Shown piece after piece: positions 30,562 through 40,376 of a stretch of DNA of 60,630 bases. The DNA comes from Acidobacteriota bacterium (lineage in GTDB: Bacteria > Acidobacteriota > UBA6911 > JACQSX01), in the NCBI GenBank assembly GCA_036507075.1, contig DASXQR010000035.1:1-60630 (forward strand), given 5' to 3'. The notes below the pieces were generated by a model that saw nothing but the letters and a program-made list of their open reading frames with translations, did not search any database and had not been told where the DNA came from. The position numbers and the translations under genes are program-made. Numbering within the stretch: position 1 is the first letter of the stretch; each line of letters opens with the position of its first letter.

Positions 30562-30680
30562 ACTCTTTCCGATGCATCAGTTAATCAGCATTCAGTCCGC
30601 AACCAATCATTACACAAGCAGATGGGAGTTTTCACCATTCAAGCTGGTGAAGCGATTACCTGTCAATCCGATAGCAAAAA

Positions 30681-30698
30681 GGGCACAAAACGGGCACA
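30681..30698 (+). promoter_or_regulatory. Putative integrase arm-type site GGGCACAAAACGGGCACA
   Basis: Same 18-mer at both ends of the element (also 51205-51222). Confidence 0.8.
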
Positions 30699-30735
30699 CG
30701 CAAATACCGTTTCCGAAAACGACGCCAGGAGAACT

Positions 30736-31971
30736 ATGACGATAAATCCATTTCAACTTCCGCCCATGAACACCCTACAGGATCAGGGCAATATTGGAAT
30801 CCCTGCACAACCAGCCATGCCGGGCCAAGCTGGAAACTCCGGCATGAATCGCTTTCTAGCGCTTATGCAGAACCCGGCCATCCTGAGATTGTTAGGCCAG
30901 GTGGGATCGAATGCGGCAGGCCCGTATGCTGGTCAGGCATTCGCTCAGCAGTTCGCGCAGCAGCAGCAATTGATGAAGGATGAGGAAGACAGAAGGCTCA
31001 GGCGGCAGCTTGCTCTTTCAGGGGAGAAGAGGGCGCAGGATGCGGAAGTCCGAGCCGGCCAGTCGGATCGTCAGCGTCAGGTGGAGCATCTTTACAAGCT
31101 CGCGGTGGAATCCGACGTGGAAGACGCAACGGATCTGGGCCAGTCCTTCGGTATGGATAGGCCGACAATCGCACAGACGAACGCGGCGCTAAAGAAGTTT
31201 CAGAGGGCCAAAAAATCCAAAGAGGTTTTCGTCAATCGCGAGACAGGCGAGGTAGGTCTGCAACCGGGATTCATGCTGAACGAGAACGCCGGGAAGTACA
31301 TCACTCTCCATGATGTTGAGAAAGCGACAAGCCTCAGTGAGAAAATACAGGATCGCAAGTCCCGCGAGCAAATCGCCGCGGTGAGTAGAGCCACCATTTT
31401 ACTTGGGAGAAATAAGGCCGTGCCTGCGAGCTTGGCTAAGGCGGCTGGGCTTGGCGAGGAAGCGATAGATCCGGAAAGAACTCGAGAGATCACGCTCAGG
31501 ATTCCTAAAAAGCTTCAGCCGGTTTTTGCCGGCCACACAGAGCTTTCAGTCCCAATCCAGCAGGCCGATAGCTTTCTGAAGGCTTTTATTGAAAAGCCGG
31601 AACAGGCGCGGGAAATCTACTCATTCATGCAACGGCCGGACGGAAGCATAGTCGTCGGCAATCAGGTCAGCGGCGCGATAAGCTAGAGTGGATTCGGGCC
31701 AGTTGCAAAACCGCCGGCGCCTAAAGAGCAGAATTTGGGCGACGATATGCGGTTGCGGTCCACGGCGGAAAACACGCTGAAGGCAATGATCGCGGATTGG
31801 GCGGACATCTCAGCACAGGAGAAGGCTCAGCAAATCGAGAATTACATCGAGACATTCCGGAAGACTGGGAAGCCCGCGCAGCCTGTTGCAGTTTAGGTTC
31901 CCGGCCGCATCTATGGCACAAATACGGTTTTCCGGATTCCGGCTCCCAATGACCCTGCAGGAATAAGGTAA
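30736..31971 (+). pseudogene. Putative DNA-ejection/internal virion protein 1, interrupted by two in-frame TAGs (31684, 31894)
   Basis: AGGAG RBS + ATG 30736; Q/A/G-rich and coiled-coil N-terminus; frame continues through both TAGs to ...NDPAGIR-TAA, 7 bp before the next ATG. Confidence 0.55.
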
Positions 31972-31978
31972 CCGAACA

Positions 31979-34900
31979 ATGCCAGACGCCAAACCAGCAC
32001 TCACAAAGTTCAGAGCCAAATTCGCAGGCTCATATGACGACATGAGCGACCCTCAGTTGCTATCCGCTCTGAAGAAAAAGTATCCGGGCACTTACGATGA
32101 TCTGACTCTCGGCAACGGATCACAGGTAACCGCCACAGCACCGGCAGCGCCGGAGCCTGAGAGTAGTAGCGGTCCGATGGCTCCTGTCTTTGGTCCGATG
32201 GCTGAGCAATTCTCAAGTGGCCTGGACACTGTCATTGAAGGTCTGAGCGCCAAGAAAGGCGAGTCAGCTCTCAAGTCCGGCCTGATGGCTCCAATCAGAG
32301 CCGGGCAGGCTGCTTTAGGAATGGGCCAGATGGCTCTTACAGGTGCAGCCCCAGCACTGCGAGCCGTGGAAAACTTCGGTATGACGGTTGCCGAGCCATT
32401 CTTGTCTGGGTCCGTACAGATGCCCAACGTCGCGGCGATTTCCAGGAACGTCAGCAGGCTCGGGAATCTATCAGGCCCCGACCGTCCAACAACAGGCAGT
32501 CCCATCGCCGATACGATTGTGGAAGTTCTAGTAGGCTTCCTGCCATTTGAAAGAGCGCTCAAACTCGCCGGCCTTGGCTCAAAAGGAAAGATCCTGAAAG
32601 CAGTGCGGGACGAGTCACCGAAATCTGTCTTGGCGGTACGCGATGCATTGAAGGTAGTTCCCGAAGAAAAGATTCAACAGGCGGCTTCGGAATTAAAGCT
32701 GCTTCCCGCGGGACCGGAATCCACACTCGCAGATAACGCGGGTGTAATGACAGGGCAAATTCTTGGACAGCCCGGAGGACTGGGACCGCGCAAGATTGCC
32801 GACGTGACGCCGATCGAGGTGAACCGTCTGCGCCCCGGCGCTCCTGTTGCCGGAAGACAGCCTACAGGGTTGCGGCCGCAGGATACCGCGATGCTTTCCG
32901 AGCCGATGCCGTTTCAGGACGTCGCCAGAGTGGCGGCACGCAGAGAACAGCAGGAGCGCCAGTTTGGTTCTGTCGTGCCGCAGCGAGTCTTCGGCGCCCA
33001 ACCTGACCCATTTCCCGTCCTGCCGCGGGGCATAACTGGAAAGGTCCAGGAGGTTGAAAGAACACTGGACGCAGCGACACCGGAATCCATCAAACAGGAT
33101 TTGCTGGAAATCAGCGGCTTTCGAACCTATCAGAAACTCGACAATCAATTTGCAGAAGAGGCGGCAAAGCGCCAGAGCCGACCGGCAATTGATACGGCCA
33201 CAGTCGAAGCCAAAGCCGCACAGCATTCAAAACACGATTCTGCTCTGCCCGCGCAAGAGGCGGCATTACAAGAGCAGAAGATGCCGATAGAAATCAGCAA
33301 GCCGCAATACGGCATGTTAAATCGCCTCGCCAAACAGGCATTGCCTGACTTTGACGGCCAGGACATGTCCTACATATCTTCGCGCCTGTTCGGCGAGGGC
33401 AGGACGGCGCCGCGAACCATCCACGAGTTCAAGACGGCCGTTCAGTTCTTCCGGGATCTTGGACAGCAAACCGGCACACTCGATGCTCGTGCTTTAGCGC
33501 TCGGTGGTGACCTTGGGCCTGTAGATCCGGGCCGCATGGCGACAGTTGGCAATCCGAGTTTCCTGCGTCGACTCTATCAGGGAATTGACTCGCGCCTGGT
33601 CAGCAGCGGCCACGTCTACCTTGCCAAGCAGGGAAAGCCGGGCAGACAACTTGCGCTGACAATTGACCAAGTAGACAGTAAATCGGGAATCCGCGCCGGC
33701 AAGGCCGTCAGCGAGCTGGAACAGGTTACAAAGAGATTGACTCCACCACAACTAAGGCAGGTTCACCGTGCCCTGGATTTTGGACACGAGGCTGCAGACC
33801 CGGCCGCAGCTCGAGCCGTCTCGGTGCTGAGGCAGAATTTAGATTCAATGTGGGAAGAGTTTGTTTCCCTTGGCGGCGAAGTCCGGCACACGGACGGACG
33901 CAAGCTCCCGGCCACACTTACAGACGGCAAAGCCTATTTCCCGCACTTCATCAAGCGGTCGTACCTGGAATCAAAGGACGGCTACAACACGGCTCTCACT
34001 CACCTTGTGCAAACCGGACAGGCTGAAAATCTTGGCGAAGCAGATCGCATCTTAAGGAGCTTCATTTCACGGCATACCGTGCGCAGGTTTGGAAACATGG
34101 AAAAGGCCCGCGAGATCAACCTGCCAGAGCAGTTTTATGAGACGGACCCAGTGAAGGCGCTCAAGCTTTACTTTTCCCGCGGGTATCACAGGCTCGAAGA
34201 GATGCGGCACTTCGGGCGCAATGATGAAGTGGCAATCGGCCTTGTCGAGCAGATCCGCGCAGAGGGCCGGGACGCGGATTCAGCGCAGCGGATCTTTGAC
34301 TCGGTAAGGGGCAAAAGCAACCACTCCGAGTTTGCCGAAAATCTTTCGGGCGCACTGCGAAGCTGGAACGTGCTTCGCTCGATGGCTCTTTCGCCCATCA
34401 TCAACAGCACGCAAAGTTTTCAATACCGCTTTTCGGACTAACATCCGCTCGACTGCCGGGGCAATTGCCAGAATGACCAGTCGAGCAGGCCGGGAGGAGA
34501 GTAGGGACTTTGCGCTAAGGGCTTCGGCGACATTGGACGAGGCCATTAACGGAGTTCTCAGGGAGATGGGCGGCTCGGGGAATATCGCTCAGACCTACCT
34601 GAAGATGATCGGCTTTGGGGCAACGGAGCGATTCAACCGGACTGTCTCGGCTGTAGCCGGCAAGAACTACGCCGAGCAACTGGCGGGCACTCTGAGAAAG
34701 AATCCAGCGGACAAAAGCGCATCCTTTCAACTCTCCCGGTTGGGGCTTAATCCAGCGACGATAATGGAACGTGGCCTGTCGGAAGACGATCTGTTGAAAG
34801 CTGCTCAGACGGTGACCCGCGAGACGCAGTTCTCACCTCGACCTCAAAACCTGCCTCTCTTTCTAAACAGCCCATCGGGCAAGGTTCTCTTTCAGTTCAA

Positions 34901-35369
34901 AACCTTTGTCTACAACCAGACCAAGCTGATCAAAAACGAAATCCTCCAGAACGTGAAGTCCGATCCGGCCGCTGCATCAAGAAAGATCCTGATGCTGGTA
35001 GCCGCCGCTCCGGTTGTCGGAGAGTTGGGCCTGGATGCAAAGATGCTGGTGCGAAACTTCGTGGCTGGCGTTCTCAACAACGATGTTCACGTGGACCGCC
35101 CATCAGCCCTTGTAGACCGGATCATTGAGGACTACGCAGCGGTTGGCTCTTTCGGGATCTTTGGCGACATATACCAGTCCGGCAAGTACGGCGAGCGGGG
35201 CATCACGAACCTGATAGCAGGGCCTACCGCCTCAAATCTTATGGAAGCGGCAGTTGCCACAGGAACCGGCAGCACAAAACGCCTGGAAACCTTGGCAAAG
35301 CGAAACACTCCGGTCCTTGGACCCCTGCTGAGCGGCCCAAAGAAGAAACAGCCGCCGGCCCTGTACTGA
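31979..35369 (+). pseudogene. Putative large DNA-ejection/internal virion protein 2 (~1130 aa), split by a frameshift near 34417-34420
   Basis: N-terminal FRAKFAGSYDDMSDPQLLSALKKKYP and C-terminal ETQF...LPLFLNSPSGKVLFQFKTF resemble podovirus internal proteins. ORFs 31979-34441 and 34332-35369 join if one T of AGTTTTCAAT is removed. Confidence 0.6.
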
Positions 35370-35521
35370 GATGGCAGCGTATTGCGTTATTTGACAATAT
35401 GGCATTGTTGAAAAAGCCAAGCATGGGGGTGACAAGCTTCGATGCCAGAAAATCGTTCCTGGGGGCATTTGGAGCGAAATGCGGGGCATTGTAGGCACAG
35501 GATGAGGAAAGGATACTGCTT

Positions 35522-35782
35522 ATGAGAGAGGAGCGAGACAATTCAGGGATTCTCTTTGCCAACAAAAAGCGGACCACCGACAAACACCCGCACTACAAGG
35601 GTACCATCCGGATCAATGGAGCCGATTACTGGCTGTCGGCCTGGGTCAAAAAGGACAAGGACGGGAAGGCGTTCATTACCCTGTCAGTCACCAGTAAGGA
35701 AGACTACAAACCGGCCTCCAAGTCCAGCGCCGATGACCAGCCGGAAAAGGTTGATTGGGGCACCGTCTATGGACAGCGATAA
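35522..35782 (+). CDS. Small phage protein, DUF736-like/SSB-like
   Basis: NSGILFANKKRTTDKHPHYKGTIRINGADYWLSAW...FITLSV with an acidic tail. Confidence 0.65.
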   Translation: MREERDNSGILFANKKRTTDKHPHYKGTIRINGADYWLSAWVKKDKDGKAFITLSVTSKEDYKPASKSSADDQPEKVDWGTVYGQR

Positions 35783-35848
35783 TCCCCAGAATTCGCGCAA
35801 CGTACCTAAGACTGTGTTGATGCCATTTACAAGTCGAAAGAGTACAAT

Positions 35849-36499
35849 TTGCGATCTGTGGGTGCCTCTTGGCTTCTCGACCACCTCCAAAAGGAATGGA
35901 CTGTGATAAGCGCTGCCCCAGGTGCTTTCACTTTGGCTTGCCTTCTATCTGCAATTTTAATTTGGCTTTTCCTGAGACACGTTTATGGCGAAAGGCTGAG
36001 AAACGCTCAAGAACTGAATGCGATTTACAGAGAAAAACTTGGGATGACATCGAAAGATGAAGCCGACATTACCGATTACCTGAAGCAACGGTTTGAGGAC
36101 ATTGAGTCAAGACTTCCGCGCAATTTGACAGAGGATCAGACACACATTCTTATCGCTGAGCTGTCCAAGTTCAAATACGAAGGACGCTTGGTACTTATTC
36201 ATCCAAGCTATCTTGCATTCGACGCGGCGCATTACTGTGACCAGTTTGCAACTGTTTTCGATTTAGCGACGTGGAACATAATCCGCGGAAGAAATGGGGA
36301 CATTCGGGAAAAGGAATTCGACGATCATCCCATCTCTGTAATCGGTAATGATGTCGTTTACAAGGGAACCGTGAGTGCAATTTCTAAAGCATTGCACGCT
36401 GCAAACCTAGACCATTTCCTAAATGCATCTGTGAGCACGACACCGACGCTCATTATTGGAAAGCCGAAAGCTCATTTAGCGTCCAAACGTGATCAGTAA
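35849..36499 (+). CDS. Membrane-anchored hypothetical protein (AT-rich cargo)
   Basis: 216-aa ORF with one N-terminal TM helix and a coiled coil; start uncertain. Confidence 0.6.
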   Translation: MRSVGASWLLDHLQKEWTVISAAPGAFTLACLLSAILIWLFLRHVYGERLRNAQELNAIYREKLGMTSKDEADITDYLKQRFEDIESRLPRNLTEDQTHILIAELSKFKYEGRLVLIHPSYLAFDAAHYCDQFATVFDLATWNIIRGRNGDIREKEFDDHPISVIGNDVVYKGTVSAISKALHAANLDHFLNASVSTTPTLIIGKPKAHLASKRDQ

Positions 36500-36528
36500 G
36501 CTTCCAACCAGCCGAGCCGGCAGAAACA

Positions 36529-36984
36529 ATGGATGACGGTATGACCAGAAAAACCACCACACTGAAGCAGAAAGCCTTTATCGCCGAATATTTAGCTAAC
36601 GGCGGCAATGGTACCCAGGCGGCTCTGAAAGTCTACGGGACGACCGATCCCGGCACTGCTGCCGTAATAGCTAATGAAAACTTAAGAAAACCTAACCTGA
36701 AAAACGAGATTCGGAGACTCATGGGAAAGGTGGAATTACGGGAGGAAGACGCCATGCTGGTGGTCAAGGATGCACTGACAGCCGACAAAACAGACATTGC
36801 GGACCATCCTGTAAGACTCAGGGGCGCCGATATGGTGTTCAGGCTGAAAGGCACTTACCCAAAAGAGCAGCCTCCACCGCCAGCACAAGGCAGTAAGCAT
36901 CTTCATTTACATCTGCAATCGGCTGAGCAGGTAGCCGCGGCGAGAAGGTTGCTGATGGCTGATGTTCCCCCGGCTGACTCATGA
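36529..36984 (+). CDS. terS: Terminase small subunit
   Basis: TLKQKAFIAEYLANGGNGTQAALKVY...AAVIANENLRKPNL, a typical Terminase_2 HTH. Confidence 0.85.
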   Translation: MDDGMTRKTTTLKQKAFIAEYLANGGNGTQAALKVYGTTDPGTAAVIANENLRKPNLKNEIRRLMGKVELREEDAMLVVKDALTADKTDIADHPVRLRGADMVFRLKGTYPKEQPPPPAQGSKHLHLHLQSAEQVAAARRLLMADVPPADS

Positions 36985-37109
36985 ATTCATGAAACCGACG
37001 GCGGTAACCCAGAACACGCTTTTTGCCCGACGACTGGCGATATGCTATTTTCGGCTCATCGCTGTGCCAAAACGTTATATCCTCTCGTGGAAAAAGTCGG
37101 CGAGTGATT

Positions 37110-37472
37110 ATGGAGAAAAAGGCGAAGGTTTCTGGCGTTGATACTAAGGCGGCCCCAGCGAGTGGAAAAGAGGCGGCATCAGCAGGGCGTGTCGTTCGAG
37201 TCAAATGGGGGGCTTCAAGTTCCATTCCGACCATATACGCCAACCATTTGGTGATTACCCATAGTGGGCCACAATTCTATTTGGTATTCGGAGAGCTTGA
37301 GCCACATTCGGAACTCATTGGACAACTGGTTGATGAATTTAAACCTCCTGACCATGTGGAAATCGTCCCAGTAGCTAAAATCGCTGTAACCCCGAAAGCC
37401 ATGCGGCAGTTCGCAAAAATTATCCAAGAGAATGTGACTAAGTTCAGCGAACAAGCTACTAGTGACGAGTAG
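37110..37472 (+). CDS. DUF3467-like protein
   Basis: IPTIYANHLVITHSGPQFYLVFGE...VAKIAVTPKAMRQFAKIIQENV. Confidence 0.6.
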   Translation: MEKKAKVSGVDTKAAPASGKEAASAGRVVRVKWGASSSIPTIYANHLVITHSGPQFYLVFGELEPHSELIGQLVDEFKPPDHVEIVPVAKIAVTPKAMRQFAKIIQENVTKFSEQATSDE

Positions 37473-37510
37473 AACGGACCAAAAATTCACAGTATAATTT
37501 TAGACAGCCT

Positions 37511-37894
37511 ATGTCATATTCGATCGTCTTTAACCCTGCCGATAGTTCCAGTACTGTCCACTCCGCAGAGTCATCTGGTGGATATCGGTCATCCCAAGCG
37601 TCGACAGATGTTCGCGTCTTAACGGATCTTGAAAGCCTAGAATTTAAGTTGCGCACACCTATATGGGTTGAAATCCAGCTTGACGAAAATCATGGGCGGT
37701 TTTTGGCCACTGGGGCAGGAATTCTAGGGCCTTTGGACGGACTCTACGGGGCTGGGGAAACTGCCCAACAGGCAGTTAGCGACTTTGAAAGCATGCTGGT
37801 TGATCTTTTTATCGAATTAAATGAAAGCCAAAACTTGTCTGCGACACTCCAAATACAACTCGCCCACCTGAATCACCTCGTACAGTCACGGTAG
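37511..37894 (+). CDS. HicB-like antitoxin
   Basis: LRTPIWVEI...LYGAGETAQQAVSDFESMLVDLF partial RNase H-like HicB pattern. Confidence 0.6.
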   Translation: MSYSIVFNPADSSSTVHSAESSGGYRSSQASTDVRVLTDLESLEFKLRTPIWVEIQLDENHGRFLATGAGILGPLDGLYGAGETAQQAVSDFESMLVDLFIELNESQNLSATLQIQLAHLNHLVQSR

Positions 37895-37897
37895 ACT

Positions 37898-38179
37898 ATG
37901 CCGCCGTCGATTAGAGAGATGAAACGGTGTCTTTCTAATAAATTTCAGTTTTCTCAAGTGGCTGGAAGTAGGCACGATGCATTATCGCTTGAGATAAACG
38001 GTCTAAAAGTTGCTACCACTCGCTTCTCTAGATCCTACGCTGATCTGGATGATGGAATCCTGAGCAGGGTCGCTCAGCAATTGTGGGTGAATCTTGGGAG
38101 ACTGAAAAAGATGTACGACTGCAGTTTTTCTTACGAAGAATACCTGCAGCACCTCCGCAACATAGGGCGTCTTCAGTAA
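37898..38179 (+). CDS. HicA-like toxin
   Basis: IREMKRCLSNKFQF..GSRH...TRFSR...ILSRVAQQL dsRBD-like HicA pattern with conserved His. Confidence 0.6.
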   Translation: MPPSIREMKRCLSNKFQFSQVAGSRHDALSLEINGLKVATTRFSRSYADLDDGILSRVAQQLWVNLGRLKKMYDCSFSYEEYLQHLRNIGRLQ

Positions 38180-38585
38180 GTGGCCGTTTTCATCACAGGC
38201 TGATCGTAGAAGAAGGATTCGGTGAAGTCCTTCCGGTTGTCATCGGCAAGACAAAGGAAGCTCTCACCAAACTGGAGGCAGTCGAGCAGATGATGCGAAC
38301 TCCATCTGAATAAAAGGATCAAGAGGGAGTAAGGCCGCTGGATGATCCCTCTCTGGCTCTTGGATGCGCCTTCCTGTAATCCTCCATCAACTTACCCACT
38401 GAGACGTGAAGATACTTTTGCGTGGTGGTATGGAGCGCCTCGCTCGGCTTCGATGGATTTCAGAAAAAAGGCCTAACAGTTCACGAATTGTGGATTTACC
38501 GGAAATCACGCTAGAAACTTTCGCTTTAAATGCCCGCTGCTGCATTTTCTCACGCTGCTCCTTATCAGGAGATGGGGGGAGTTGT

Positions 38586-39188
38586 TCACTCCCCACCGCT
38601 AAGGATACGTGCCACAGTACCGTTACCTACGCCAAGCTCCCGGCTGATTTTCCTCTTACTGTAACCCCTGGCAGAAAGCTTGCGGATTTTCCTTTCCACG
38701 TCCCTCGAGATCCTCGGGCGCCCCAAGCGCTTACCACTCGCCACGGCGCGGCGCAGACCGGACTTGACCCTCTCCTGGATGATATTGCGTTCCAGTTCGG
38801 CGATGGCGCTGATAATGGTGAACATCGCCTTGCCCATCGGGGAGCCGGTATCCAAGGATTCCTGGAAACTGACAAAATCAATCCCCACGTGATGGAATTG
38901 CTCAAGAGCCGTCACAAGGTGTTTGGTGCTTCGGGCAAAGCGATCAAAGCGCCAGACCAGCACAACATCAAAGCGGCGCTTGGAAGAATCGGCCATTAGT
39001 TCATTCAACGCCGGACGGGAATCCTTCGAGCCTGAGATTCCGTTGTCCACGTACTCTTTGAAGATGTCCCATCCGCGATCGCCAGCATAGCGGCGCAGAT
39101 CGAGCAATTGATTCTCGCAGGTCTGTCCGCCGTTTGTGGTGCTCACGCGGGCATAGATTGCAACGCGGGATTTTTCCTTTTTAGTCAT
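38586..39188 (-). CDS. Serine resolvase/invertase with C-terminal HTH
   Basis: AIYARVST, GSKDSRPAL, VLVWRFDRFARS, AELERNIIQERVKSGL and GRP. Confidence 0.92.
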   Translation of the reverse strand: MTKKEKSRVAIYARVSTTNGGQTCENQLLDLRRYAGDRGWDIFKEYVDNGISGSKDSRPALNELMADSSKRRFDVVLVWRFDRFARSTKHLVTALEQFHHVGIDFVSFQESLDTGSPMGKAMFTIISAIAELERNIIQERVKSGLRRAVASGKRLGRPRISRDVERKIRKLSARGYSKRKISRELGVGNGTVARILSGGE

Positions 39189-39450
39189 TGCAGGTCTCTC
39201 CCTCCTGGTCATCGGATTCGGACTCGTCTGCTGGATTGGCTTTCACAAGGCGCAACCCGTCAAAGTCGCCAGAGCCTTTTCTTTCCTCCTGGAATTCTTC
39301 GTACAGATCCCAGATTTGACGATTGATCATTTCGAGAATCGTGTGTACTGCTTCCACTTCCTTCGTGTCTTGCACTTCCGTCAGGATCATCAGCGAGTAG
39401 ACACCGCGAACAGCCAGCAACAAACGATCAGATTGCGATTTGGTAATCAT
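39181..39450 (-). CDS. Small helical hypothetical protein
   Basis: ATG 39450 with GGAGAG RBS; overlaps the resolvase start. Confidence 0.5.
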   Translation of the reverse strand: MITKSQSDRLLLAVRGVYSLMILTEVQDTKEVEAVHTILEMINRQIWDLYEEFQEERKGSGDFDGLRLVKANPADESESDDQEGETCND

Positions 39451-39548
39451 TGAAATCTCTCCACTCGGTAAAGGGTTGTGTGGACAACAGGCGAAAAGGG
39501 AGAGCACCCAAGCCGGCGCACTCTCCCCCAGGTGAGAATGGTTAGTTC

Positions 39549-39857
39549 TCAGTCCACCATGTCGTCGCACATCCGGTAGAAGCTATCGACAACCGGGCGA
39601 AGCAGGTAATACAGGTAATCGTAATCCGCCGTTTGCGCGGTGATGTTCAGGAAAGATTCCAGCGCGAAAACCTTCCCCATGAGGTCAACGAACTTGTGAT
39701 GCGGGAAGCAGTGCGGCTCGCCCATTCTCAGGTTCCCTATACGGTCCTGGAATGTCTTTTCCGAGCTGCTCTCGGAAAGAGTTTCCGGCCGAGTGGACTG
39801 CTTTGCTGGTGTTGCTTTCTTGGACTGCTGGCGAGGTGATACTTTAGGTTTAGCCAT
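39549..39857 (-). CDS. Small hypothetical protein with structured leader
   Basis: 102-aa ORF; RBS GAGG lies within a CAACCT...AGGTTG hairpin. Confidence 0.55.
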   Translation of the reverse strand: MAKPKVSPRQQSKKATPAKQSTRPETLSESSSEKTFQDRIGNLRMGEPHCFPHHKFVDLMGKVFALESFLNITAQTADYDYLYYLLRPVVDSFYRMCDDMVD

Positions 39858-40085
39858 CGCAACCTCTTGATAGGTTGTGCTGGTTAGGACTCGCTGTCTG
39901 CGATCAACAGGCGGCGGGTCCGCTTCAGCGGGTTAATTGTTTGCGGCTCTCTTTGCAGGGAACCACGGTTTAGACAACAGGAATGCTATTCCTGTGTTGA
40001 ACGAAAATCAAATGTATTCTGGACGCGAACTTCCTCCTTTCCTGAGCGCTTGGTTCCACCAGTTACGAGCGCTCAAACCGACAGG

Positions 40086-40298
40086 TTATTTGGTCACCTT
40101 TTTGGCGGCCCGTTTCCTTCGCCTTTGACAACTGGGACAGCTCAGGGATTGCACCGCCAGGGCGATGTAGTGCTGTATTTTGAGCCTGTCGCACTCCCAG
40201 GTTGAGACTGTCAGCCTCTTGACTCCTAACGCCTCTGCCAGGGCCTTCTGTGTCATGTCAAGCCGCTCCCGGATCTTTTTCAGTTCTCTCCCTTTCAA
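40086..40298 (-). CDS. XRE-family HTH regulator
   Basis: LKKIRERLDMTQKALAEALGVKRLTVSTWE; AAAGGAG RBS before TTG. Confidence 0.8.
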   Translation of the reverse strand: MKGRELKKIRERLDMTQKALAEALGVKRLTVSTWECDRLKIQHYIALAVQSLSCPSCQRRRKRAAKKVTK

Positions 40299-40376
40299 TT
40301 TGCTCCTTTCTCCTTGCCAGAATTGCAAGGTGGAACCGGCCGAAGGTTTCCCCGGCCGGAACCATCCGGCAACCAC

